From a virus (Duplodnaviria; Caudoviricetes), in IMG/VR virus record IMGVR_UViG_3300027734_003408, positions 1 through 55,848 of that record: 55,848 nt of DNA. One strand, 5' to 3'. Position 1 is the first letter of the stretch; each line of letters starts with the position of its first letter. This document shows positions 48,958 to 55,848 of the stretch, in pieces. A program made the translations under genes and the position numbers. Under the pieces are notes generated by a model. The model searched no databases and was not told the DNA's origin. It saw only the letters and a list, made by a program, of their open reading frames with translations.

Positions 48958-48986
48958 ATTATACATGCATTATCACAGCATGTCAA
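48958..48986 (-). promoter_or_regulatory. consensus sigma70 promoter
   Basis: TTGACA-17-TATAAT. Confidence 0.85.
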
Positions 48987-49014
48987 GAAAATCCAGTGAT
49001 TTTGGCACTTCAGC

Positions 49015-49263
49015 CTAGTCCACGTAGATGTGTCTGCGATTCCAAGTGTCCCACACAGTGATGGCAGTCCATTCATGTGTCCAGGTCACAAGAAATCGAT
49101 CAAATGCCTGCTGGTGATGAAGCATCATCTTATTGCCGTTTACAGTGGCATGTTCAATTTGATGTCGGCGTATCCAAGTTTTGAACATGGGTTCGGCTTG
49201 ATTGTTGTTGCGCAACATCACAATGTACAGCGGTTCCACTGCACGGTACGTGGGTATAGACAT
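49015..49263 (-). CDS. hypothetical protein
   Basis: 82 aa; TAATG coupling. Confidence 0.6.
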   Translation of the reverse strand: MSIPTYRAVEPLYIVMLRNNNQAEPMFKTWIRRHQIEHATVNGNKMMLHHQQAFDRFLVTWTHEWTAITVWDTWNRRHIYVD

Positions 49264-49523
49264 TAATGAATCGTAGTTCCTTGGGGGATTTGAACTGAAG
49301 CAAGTTCATTGATATTTAATGCTGAGACCATCCGGACAAAATTTTCATCCAGTTCAATGCGTTCGTCGTCATGCAGTCTAGCATGCTCTTCATCCACACC
49401 CAACAGCCGCATGATGGCACCCACGTGCGCTTCGGTGCGACCGTTTATGTATAACACAGTCATGATTTGAAACATAACTGACTTGGCGTACTCGTAAATG
49501 GGGTCGTTTTCAAATTCGTGCAT
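49263..49523 (-). CDS. hypothetical protein
   Basis: 86 aa; TAATTA 4 nt upstream of the ATG. Confidence 0.65.
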   Translation of the reverse strand: MHEFENDPIYEYAKSVMFQIMTVLYINGRTEAHVGAIMRLLGVDEEHARLHDDERIELDENFVRMVSALNINELASVQIPQGTTIH

Positions 49524-49550
49524 ACAGTAATTATCTCTTTTGAGCGGCCA

Positions 49551-49577
49551 ATAAAAAGCGCCGTATTAAACGGCGCT
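49551..49577 (-). terminator. intrinsic terminator
   Basis: AGCGCCGT-TTAAT-ACGGCGCT stem followed by a T-run, just after the stop at 49594. Confidence 0.85.
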
Positions 49578-49593
49578 GTGGGAGACTAGCCTA

Positions 49594-49947
49594 TTAGGCG
49601 TTGGTGCTCTCGACTGCATCTGCTTTGACAGTTGCAGGAGCACTCTTGGCCCGGGCACTCTTTGCAGAGACCTTGACTTCGCCTTTCTTAGCGACCTTGC
49701 TCTTCTCAGCCAGTTTATTGGCCACTGCATAGCCTTCATCACCTGTGGTGATGCCTTGTGCCTGCAGATATTGCAAGGCTTCCAACTTGGTCATTGCCTG
49801 AGGCAATTCAATCAAGTTGATGTTGTTGCAACCTGCCTTGTTCAGGATCTTGATACGAGCCACAAGATCGTTTGCAAAGCGCACCTTGACGGTGCCATCT
49901 CGGTTGGTTGCGGTGCCTGCTACGGTAAAAGTTTTGTCATTTGACAT
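49594..49947 (-). CDS. hypothetical protein with Lys/Ala-rich tail
   Basis: 117 aa; own consensus promoter and terminator. Confidence 0.75.
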   Translation of the reverse strand: MSNDKTFTVAGTATNRDGTVKVRFANDLVARIKILNKAGCNNINLIELPQAMTKLEALQYLQAQGITTGDEGYAVANKLAEKSKVAKKGEVKVSAKSARAKSAPATVKADAVESTNA

Positions 49948-50011
49948 GGTGTTGCCTTTCTGAGTTGCCTAAAGTTAAGTTACGAAACATGCTGTGCGTC
50001 AGCATATCCAA

Positions 50012-50040
50012 ATTATACACAAAAACGGTATTGGTGTCAA
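50012..50040 (-). promoter_or_regulatory. consensus sigma70 promoter
   Basis: TTGACA-17-TATAAT. Confidence 0.85.
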
Positions 50041-50076
50041 CCATTTTTTGCATAATTTAGATTGGATTTGCCCAAA

Positions 50077-50205
50077 TTACTGGGCCAATTCTTTGCTCTG
50101 TGTTTGGATAGTTTGGACGCCCTTGTCGGCAATTCGAGCAATGCCCGAAAAGCCCACACTGGCCACAACCAAGCCCAACACAAAACCAATAAAAACGTTC
50201 TTCAT
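50077..50205 (-). CDS. 42-aa single-pass membrane protein
   Basis: Manual translation MKNVFIGFVLGLVVASVGFSGIARIADKGVQTIQTQSKELAQ; AAGGAG RBS. Confidence 0.7.
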   Translation of the reverse strand: MKNVFIGFVLGLVVASVGFSGIARIADKGVQTIQTQSKELAQ

Positions 50206-50336
50206 TGTGATTTCTCCTTGAGATAAAGTCTAGCAAATTCTGTTTGAACACCTGTGATGTCTTTTCGTAGTTCATCACGGGCATCGTGAAATACCGAGCA
50301 GCCGGTTAACGCAAACGCAATCACCACAGCCCTCAT
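50202..50336 (-). CDS. 44-aa putative lipoprotein
   Basis: Manual translation MRAVVIAFALTGC-SVFH...; lipobox LTGC; ATGA overlaps at both ends. Confidence 0.6.
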   Translation of the reverse strand: MRAVVIAFALTGCSVFHDARDELRKDITGVQTEFARLYLKEKSQ

Positions 50337-51100
50337 ACCGCCGCCACGCGATTCAGTTGAGTCTGTCCGTCCCGGTGTGCTTTCACAGTGCCACGGAAGG
50401 TCAGCAGTGTGCCGGTGTTGAGCGGCTCACGGATGGAAAAGAACACTGTTTCATTGTTGGCTGTGATACCAGTGGCATAGTAGGTGTTCCACTTTTGACT
50501 GAAAACACAACGAACAATGTCCAACGTCACTGTGACTTTGTCACCTACTGTGCCTATGTAGCCAGCAGTTTGGTTCAGTCTGTCCTGTTCCGCAATGCGT
50601 TTCAACGCACGGTGGTGACTGTTGGGCAAACAAGCCACAGTGGCCAGTTCCAGTCTGTGCATCTGCGGAAAGAATCTGTCGGCCACAGCAGTGATCTTCA
50701 TCACACTGCGGTCAAAGTCTGTGAGTCGGTTTTGCAGTGCGCGGAATGTCATATCATTTTGAATGAATTTCAGGCACTCTGCACCTGCGGTGCGATCTTC
50801 GTCGGTGATCATGAAAGGATTTTCCAAGGCTTCCATCATGATGTTGCGATTGCTCTTGCGTTTGAGTTGCACAGCAGTGGCCGACTCTGAAGGCAGTTCC
50901 CATTCGTCTTGTTTGATGTAAGCACCATTCATGCGTTGTGCATGGCATGCCGCACCCCACACATCACTCACACTGTAGCCTGAGTGTCCACCACCGGCCG
51001 TGCGGCGTGATGTCCACTGGCGTTGTGCAGGTCCTGTATCGTCCTCGTGGCCCAGGCGTTGTATTTCCCGGGGTGTCATGTTAGTTACATCTACAAACAT
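50333..51100 (-). CDS. early protein with C-terminal OB-fold-like domain
   Basis: YIGTVGDKVT...FRGTVKAH..QTQLNRV; AAGGA RBS before MFVDV. Confidence 0.65.
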   Translation of the reverse strand: MFVDVTNMTPREIQRLGHEDDTGPAQRQWTSRRTAGGGHSGYSVSDVWGAACHAQRMNGAYIKQDEWELPSESATAVQLKRKSNRNIMMEALENPFMITDEDRTAGAECLKFIQNDMTFRALQNRLTDFDRSVMKITAVADRFFPQMHRLELATVACLPNSHHRALKRIAEQDRLNQTAGYIGTVGDKVTVTLDIVRCVFSQKWNTYYATGITANNETVFFSIREPLNTGTLLTFRGTVKAHRDGQTQLNRVAAV

Positions 51101-51101
51101 A

Positions 51102-51290
51102 TCAGTCCTTTCGGCCAAAGCTGCCACGGAACATACCGCCAACCAACATCACAGCCAACCATGTTTCAAAGGTGTAAGGGATTGCCAACACAGGAAACAA
51201 GGTGTTCAAAGACCAAATGCTCAACAGCGGGCCAACAATGATCACAATCACTACCAGTACCAGCCACAAATATTCGTTGCGTATTTTCAT
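51102..51290 (-). CDS. small membrane protein
   Basis: Two hydrophobic segments around GPLLSIWSLNTLFP; AAGGA RBS. Confidence 0.7.
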   Translation of the reverse strand: MKIRNEYLWLVLVVIVIIVGPLLSIWSLNTLFPVLAIPYTFETWLAVMLVGGMFRGSFGRKD

Positions 51291-51320
51291 TTTTGATTCC
51301 TTTTTGCTTTGTATGTCCGT

Positions 51321-51349
51321 ATTATAGCATTTTGGGAATTATTGGTCAA
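51321..51349 (-). promoter_or_regulatory. early promoter
   Basis: TTGACC-17-TATAAT with extended -10 TG; spacer nearly identical to that at 51837-51865. Confidence 0.8.
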
Positions 51350-51809
51350 CCGTTTCAGCTTCTAAAGCTTCAGCCAAAACTGTTAACTTTGTGCTTAATG
51401 GGGTAGAGCCATAAGTGTCACCACAATACCATGTACCATCTTTCATGATGTAGTAGTATTCAGCGCCCGAGTTGTAGCATTGGCCCAAGAACTCGTCGAA
51501 CGTGGTGGCCACTTTCCACTCAGTGTCCTTCTCACCACGATCACGTCCGTAAAAGGTACACCAGTCTTCGTTGTGCTCACGGTGCTCAATGTTAGTGACA
51601 GGGTCAAACTTGCTGAACGCATGCTTCTCGCCGATGTCAGCTCGCAGGCTGCTCATGTCGCCCAAGGCCACCAATTGATTGGCTTTGGAGCTGTCATAGT
51701 GCTCTTGCAGAATCCGACCATTGAAGCCCAGGTAGCCATCCCAGTGACAGTAAATGCTTTTGACGTTGTTGCCGTGCATGACACCAATTCGACTGCGTGT
51801 TCCCATCAT
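51339..51809 (-). CDS. conserved phage early protein
   Basis: MGTRSRIG...SIYCHWDGY...FYGRDRGE...EYYY; AGGAG RBS. Confidence 0.75.
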   Translation of the reverse strand: MMGTRSRIGVMHGNNVKSIYCHWDGYLGFNGRILQEHYDSSKANQLVALGDMSSLRADIGEKHAFSKFDPVTNIEHREHNEDWCTFYGRDRGEKDTEWKVATTFDEFLGQCYNSGAEYYYIMKDGTWYCGDTYGSTPLSTKLTVLAEALEAETVDQ

Positions 51810-51895
51810 CAACTCCTTTTGTTACAATATGTCTATATTATAGCATTTTGGCAATTATTGGTCAACTACCAAAAGTACTACTAAAAAAGTATTAC
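51810..51895 (-). repeat. early promoter + RBS cassette, copy A
   Basis: Near-identical to 52373-52457. Confidence 0.8.
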
Positions 51896-52095
51896 TTCGG
51901 GTTCATGCTGTTCATGAACTGGTTCATCATGCGTTGTGCCTGCGCCATACTTTGCTCAGGCGTGGCTTGTTGAATACAACCCGCTACCACGCCGGGCTTT
52001 TGAAACTGTGCCAGGGCACGTTCACAGTCAGCCTGGGTTGAAAACTGGCCCACGTTCTGCACAGCGGTGGCAAAGATCACAGCAATGGTCCACAT
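51892..52095 (-). CDS. small hypothetical protein
   Basis: GGAG RBS before MWTIAV; hydrophobic N-terminus; two Cys. Confidence 0.6.
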   Translation of the reverse strand: MWTIAVIFATAVQNVGQFSTQADCERALAQFQKPGVVAGCIQQATPEQSMAQAQRMMNQFMNSMNPK

Positions 52096-52096
52096 G

Positions 52097-52369
52097 TTAT
52101 TCTCCAAACTCGTACATGAACTGAGCCATTGAAGGATCCAGCTTTACCAGATCTTGTGCGGCTGACGTCAGCGCACGATAGCGAGCTTGTACTTGACTGC
52201 GGGACAGTTCGCCATCACAGCTGAGATTCTCAGGGCTGAGTTTGGCATCAATCATTTCTGCCACACGACGACGGCCTGCCACAGTTGTGACTTCGTAGGC
52301 CACAAACTTGCCGTTGAACATGCTGGCCCATGAATTTTCTTGTTTGATCAGTGCGTTGAGTGCTTTCAT
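52097..52369 (-). CDS. phage early protein
   Basis: LSPENLSCDGEL motif; AGGAG RBS before MKALN. Confidence 0.7.
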   Translation of the reverse strand: MKALNALIKQENSWASMFNGKFVAYEVTTVAGRRRVAEMIDAKLSPENLSCDGELSRSQVQARYRALTSAAQDLVKLDPSMAQFMYEFGE

Positions 52370-52372
52370 TTC

Positions 52373-52457
52373 CAACTCCTTTTGTTACAATATGTTCATA
52401 TTATAGCAAATTGGGAAATATTGGTCAACCTCTACAAAAGTACTACTTGAGTATTAC
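52373..52457 (-). repeat. early promoter + RBS cassette, copy B
   Basis: TTGACC-17-TATAAT, ACATATTGTAACAAAAGGAGTTG leader, AGTAGTACTTTT box. Confidence 0.8.
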
Positions 52458-53834
52458 CGGGCAACGGGGCATGGAAAACTGATGTTCTATGGCCTGGGCC
52501 ACTTGTAACACCCTCACATCATCATGCATGGCCCCGGTAATCATCACTGCCAACGGAACAAAGTTGGAATTTAATCCTATTGGTATAGTCAACGTGGGTT
52601 GTTTGGTGGTTGAAAACAATACGGACCAGGGAGAAATTAATATTTTTTTATTTTCTAATGTTATCTCATCAACTGCAATTTGATCTGGGGTAACTGTGGT
52701 TGCCGGAGAAATTATTACGTCATACATTTGCATGAATTTACGCATTTTGATTACAGCATCTTTACATTGTTCAAGCCAATGATATAGGTCCACTTTGGCG
52801 TGAGAACATATAGATATTTGTTGAAATTCGCGACCAACTAGATGTTGTTTATCAACTGAAATATTTTGCCATTGTTGTAATACTGCCGGTGTTTGTAATT
52901 GTGACAATACTTGTGGTGAATTTTTTATATCAATGTCGACCAATTCGACCACGGCACCCTGAGAAGACAACCAACTGATCACCTGGTCAACTGCTGATAA
53001 AATCTCCAAGTTAACCTGTTGATCGTCAATTGTTTGACAATAAGCCACCCTCAACCCATTCAATGTAGTTGGCGTTTGTTGCGTGTAGTCAACATGATTG
53101 TATGGCAAAGATGCCCAGTCTCTAACGTCTGGCAAAGATATTGTATTCAAGATCAATGCTAAATCTGCTGTTGATCTTGACATTGGCCCCACTGTACCAA
53201 GATGAAATACGCCACCGGGATATTGAGGTACTCTTCCACAACTGGGTTTCAACCCAACAATGCCACAAAACGCTGACGGCACAGCAATGCTCCCACCCAC
53301 GTCACTGGCTATTGCCAATGGGACTATGCCAGCAGCCACTGCCACAGCCGACCCACCTGAACTGCCGCCTGGTGTGTGTTTAATGCCCCATGGATTACGT
53401 ACTACGCCGTGTATTTTTGAATTTGAATGGCTGCCACCGCTACTGTTGAATTCTGGAACAGTGGTTTTGCCCACAAACACTGCACCAGCTTCACGCAATC
53501 GTGCCACTGCAGGCGCATCTTCCGGCCATGGTTGATTGGCATCAATTGCAAGGCTGCCCTGTAAGGTGGGCCATCCTTGTGTGAGTATCGAGTCTTTGAC
53601 AGCCACTGGCACCCCATCCAACCGGCTCAATGGTTGGCCTTGACGCCAGCGTTGAGCACTGGCCCGGGCCTGTGCCAGCGTGGTCTCAGGGTCTGTGAAA
53701 CAAAATGCATTGATCACAGGATTCAATCGCTCAATCTTGGCCAGCACCTGTTCGGCCACAGTCACAGGACTTGCCGCACCAGATCGGTATAAACTGCATA
53801 ACTCTGCGGCAGTGGCCTGTGTGAAGTCTGTCAT
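52443..53834 (-). CDS. amidase signature family enzyme (GatA-like fold)
   Basis: LDGVPVAVKD, GKTTVPEF, NPW, PGGSSGGSAVAVAAG, SDVGGSI..P..CGIVGLKPS. Confidence 0.92.
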   Translation of the reverse strand: MTDFTQATAAELCSLYRSGAASPVTVAEQVLAKIERLNPVINAFCFTDPETTLAQARASAQRWRQGQPLSRLDGVPVAVKDSILTQGWPTLQGSLAIDANQPWPEDAPAVARLREAGAVFVGKTTVPEFNSSGGSHSNSKIHGVVRNPWGIKHTPGGSSGGSAVAVAAGIVPLAIASDVGGSIAVPSAFCGIVGLKPSCGRVPQYPGGVFHLGTVGPMSRSTADLALILNTISLPDVRDWASLPYNHVDYTQQTPTTLNGLRVAYCQTIDDQQVNLEILSAVDQVISWLSSQGAVVELVDIDIKNSPQVLSQLQTPAVLQQWQNISVDKQHLVGREFQQISICSHAKVDLYHWLEQCKDAVIKMRKFMQMYDVIISPATTVTPDQIAVDEITLENKKILISPWSVLFSTTKQPTLTIPIGLNSNFVPLAVMITGAMHDDVRVLQVAQAIEHQFSMPRCPVILK

Positions 53835-54403
53835 GTTGTTTGTTTAATTACCAAGTGATCAAAGTAATCATAATGATTTTGCAAAGTCCAATTGTAAGGA
53901 TCAATTGCAGTGCCGTCATGTGTTTCGAACTGGGCCGCAAACACCTGAGTGTATCTCTGGAACGGCAACCACATGTTGGGTGTGGTGGCAGCCCAGCCGG
54001 CATCTTTCAGCAGTTCATGTTTGATTCTGCTCAATTTTACTGTGGGTGCATTCAAGGCCTGTTCAACTGTAATGGTGCTGGACAACAACAGGTCTCGAAT
54101 TCTTGCAGCCGGAATCAAGTGCTCAAAGTCACATTCCTCATCTGCGTCAATTTCGTGATAGTGTGCCAGCATGCCATCACGTTGTTTGATGCAATACTCA
54201 TGATACCTGCGCAAGTAAGTATCAATGTCATTGCGTGTTTCACGCATGAGCTGTTGATCATTTTGAATGGCATTGTACTCTGCAACAAGACGAGTCAAGT
54301 TGCGGGTACAATAACTGGCCACAGTTTGATAAGTCTCCGCAGTGCGTTTAGTTTTACCGTAAATAGGTGCAGTGAATTGTTCAAGTGATTCTTGTAAATT
54401 CAT
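53831..54403 (-). CDS. hypothetical protein, possible His-Me finger nuclease
   Basis: DFEHLIP motif; ATGA-coupled to both neighbours. Confidence 0.55.
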   Translation of the reverse strand: MNLQESLEQFTAPIYGKTKRTAETYQTVASYCTRNLTRLVAEYNAIQNDQQLMRETRNDIDTYLRRYHEYCIKQRDGMLAHYHEIDADEECDFEHLIPAARIRDLLLSSTITVEQALNAPTVKLSRIKHELLKDAGWAATTPNMWLPFQRYTQVFAAQFETHDGTAIDPYNWTLQNHYDYFDHLVIKQTT

Positions 54404-54849
54404 GATCCAAACAGAGCCTCAAATTGCTTGTGGGCATTGACTCGTTTTTGGCCTTTGTTCTCAACTGGTAATTTTATTCCGTGGCGTTTGGTATTGTCAA
54501 AATCCCCAGACAATTGTCCCTTGAGTTTATGACACATCGGGCACAACTCATCCAAATTGTCATGATCATTGTTGGTGCAATCACCATCTATGTGATCAAT
54601 CTCTGTCATACCTTTGGCCCAGTCTGGTACCTTGGTCCATTTTATCATGCAATCAAATCCAAGATGCCCGTCAGTATTGGTGCATTTGCCAGTTTTGAAC
54701 GGGGTAACCCCTGCACGATGTGGCCACTTACCGTAACTGGCCTTTTGACAATGACTGCAATGAATACGCCAACGAGGGTTTCCTTGGGTATCTTTGTGAC
54801 TATATACAACTAGTTCGTCGCATCCGTGATTGATACAAATTGGTCTCAT
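54400..54849 (-). CDS. Zn-binding HNH endonuclease
   Basis: CINHGC, CSHC, EIDHIDGDCTNNDHDNLDELCPMCH; GAGGAG RBS before MRPIC. Confidence 0.85.
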   Translation of the reverse strand: MRPICINHGCDELVVYSHKDTQGNPRWRIHCSHCQKASYGKWPHRAGVTPFKTGKCTNTDGHLGFDCMIKWTKVPDWAKGMTEIDHIDGDCTNNDHDNLDELCPMCHKLKGQLSGDFDNTKRHGIKLPVENKGQKRVNAHKQFEALFGS

Positions 54850-54850
54850 G

Positions 54851-55848
54851 TTATTTCTCCTCAGGGAAAAGACCAGGGGCAACATTGCCAGCTTCAATGC
54901 CCATTTTAGCACCTTCTCCATGATAGGGCAAGGCAATTGTGCCACCGTTGCGCAAATACAACTCACGCATGAAGTTAGCCATGGCACTGGGCGCACTCCA
55001 AGTTGAGCCTGGGTTTACGTGTTCCCATTGTACTTTGCCTTTGGCATGTATCAAACTGGAACTTTTGAATGTGGGCTTGATGGTTTCCAACACAGACTTC
55101 ATCCAACCTGCAGGCAACTTGGTGTTGGCACTGGTTCCAGAGATGCGATGCAGTTCATACAGGCCAATGTACACACCCTGATCAATTTCTTCCTGCATGG
55201 GAAACGTGTCTTTGATGGCTGACAGCATGTTCAACAAGATTTTACCTGAGTCATCTATTTCAATGCCCTTTTGTGCATACTTGAAGTGACTGAAGTAGTA
55301 GTCGTTGTCACCACGCAGGTTGTCTGATGCACGTGATCCTTTGTCTTGCAAGTCAATGCCGGAGGAATCAAATTGGTCTTGCATGGTTTTGGCACGAACA
55401 ACCTTGATGTCACGGCTGCCATTTTTGTAACGCACCAAGGCATTACGGTGCAAGTCTCCGGGAGTCAGTCGTTTGACGCCAGTGTCATTGAGCATTTCAA
55501 ATGCATAACTGGCAAAGTTGGGGTCATCGGTTTCGACCACTGCACAAGGGATTTCTGTAAAACCCAATAGAGCCGCGGCCAAGGTGCGATGCTGTGCATC
55601 ATACAAATAGATGTTGGAGCCGTTGATACGACATGCACTTCCAGGACTGCAAATACGAGCGTCCCATTTGCGCATGATGTTGATCACGTGTTTGTGAATC
55701 ACATCACGTTGTACCTCATAGTCAATCCACAGGTCCTCAATAGCAACCATGGTACTGTGGGGGAACAGGAATTCAGATGCTTGAGCACGGGCTCGCCATG
55801 CATCAAGTTCTTTTTGAGTTACATTGTAGTGTGCTTTGAGTTGACGTT
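54851..55848 (-). CDS. ParB/Srx-like (DGQHR-type) protein, 5' end outside the window
   Basis: IDYEVQR...LYDAQHRTLAA..G...IPC; frame stays open to the window edge. Confidence 0.65.
   Translation of the reverse strand, partial: RQLKAHYNVTQKELDAWRARAQASEFLFPHSTMVAIEDLWIDYEVQRDVIHKHVINIMRKWDARICSPGSACRINGSNIYLYDAQHRTLAAALLGFTEIPCAVVETDDPNFASYAFEMLNDTGVKRLTPGDLHRNALVRYKNGSRDIKVVRAKTMQDQFDSSGIDLQDKGSRASDNLRGDNDYYFSHFKYAQKGIEIDDSGKILLNMLSAIKDTFPMQEEIDQGVYIGLYELHRISGTSANTKLPAGWMKSVLETIKPTFKSSSLIHAKGKVQWEHVNPGSTWSAPSAMANFMRELYLRNGGTIALPYHGEGAKMGIEAGNVAPGLFPEEK

Noticed and set aside
51810-52457. Repeats as CRISPR repeats, IS ends or integron attC sites
   Set aside because: They are promoter/RBS units separated by whole genes; no cas, transposase or integrase in the window, and no attC core sites recognised.
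1-55848. Stop-codon reassignment as seen in some large phages
   Set aside because: Recognisable genes are full length in code 11, and TAA, TAG and TGA all end genes at expected positions.
1-55848. Cellular or eukaryotic-virus origin, suggested by nadE, infA, sod, ggt, RFC-like and chlorovirus-like repeats
   Set aside because: These genes are interleaved with baseplate and fibre genes, SD sequences, sigma70 promoters and T4-like late boxes, which indicates a bacteriophage.

Overview
A segment of a large, T4-like/jumbo tailed dsDNA bacteriophage genome in the standard genetic code, densely coded and mostly on the minus strand. A freshwater betaproteobacterial host is my inference from the Bug/TctC, GGT and amidase genes. 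About 1.9-17.6 kb and 26.7-38.7 kb encode virion proteins: three paralogous Gly-rich adhesin-like proteins, two very long repeat fibres (one with an Mtd N-terminal domain), baseplate-type proteins, and a tail protein ending in two tandem Hint domains plus an S74 chaperone. Between and after these lie PhoH, a GIY-YIG homing endonuclease, a HAD nucleotidase, a clamp loader, GroES, a stand-alone DnaE fragment, two AT-rich B12-type radical SAM genes, an A-type Fe-S carrier, SOD, IF-1, GGT, a SleB-like hydrolase, NadE, an Hc1-like protein, an amidase, and HNH and ParB-like genes. Two promoter classes are visible: sigma70-type early promoters, some within a repeated cassette, and TAAATA-type late boxes, several placed so that transcripts would be leaderless. 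The strongest novelty candidates are (1) the Hint-Hint-S74 triple self-processing tail protein, (2) a ~320-nt multi-stem, pseudoknot-capable RNA leading into the cell-wall hydrolase gene, (3) a homing endonuclease that appears to have replaced the 3' end of its neighbouring gene, (4) a SOD with a head-targeting-like propeptide, and (5) a DnaE that stops just before its catalytic aspartates. All family calls come from motif recognition by eye; no searches were run. I saw no tRNA, rRNA or CRISPR array.
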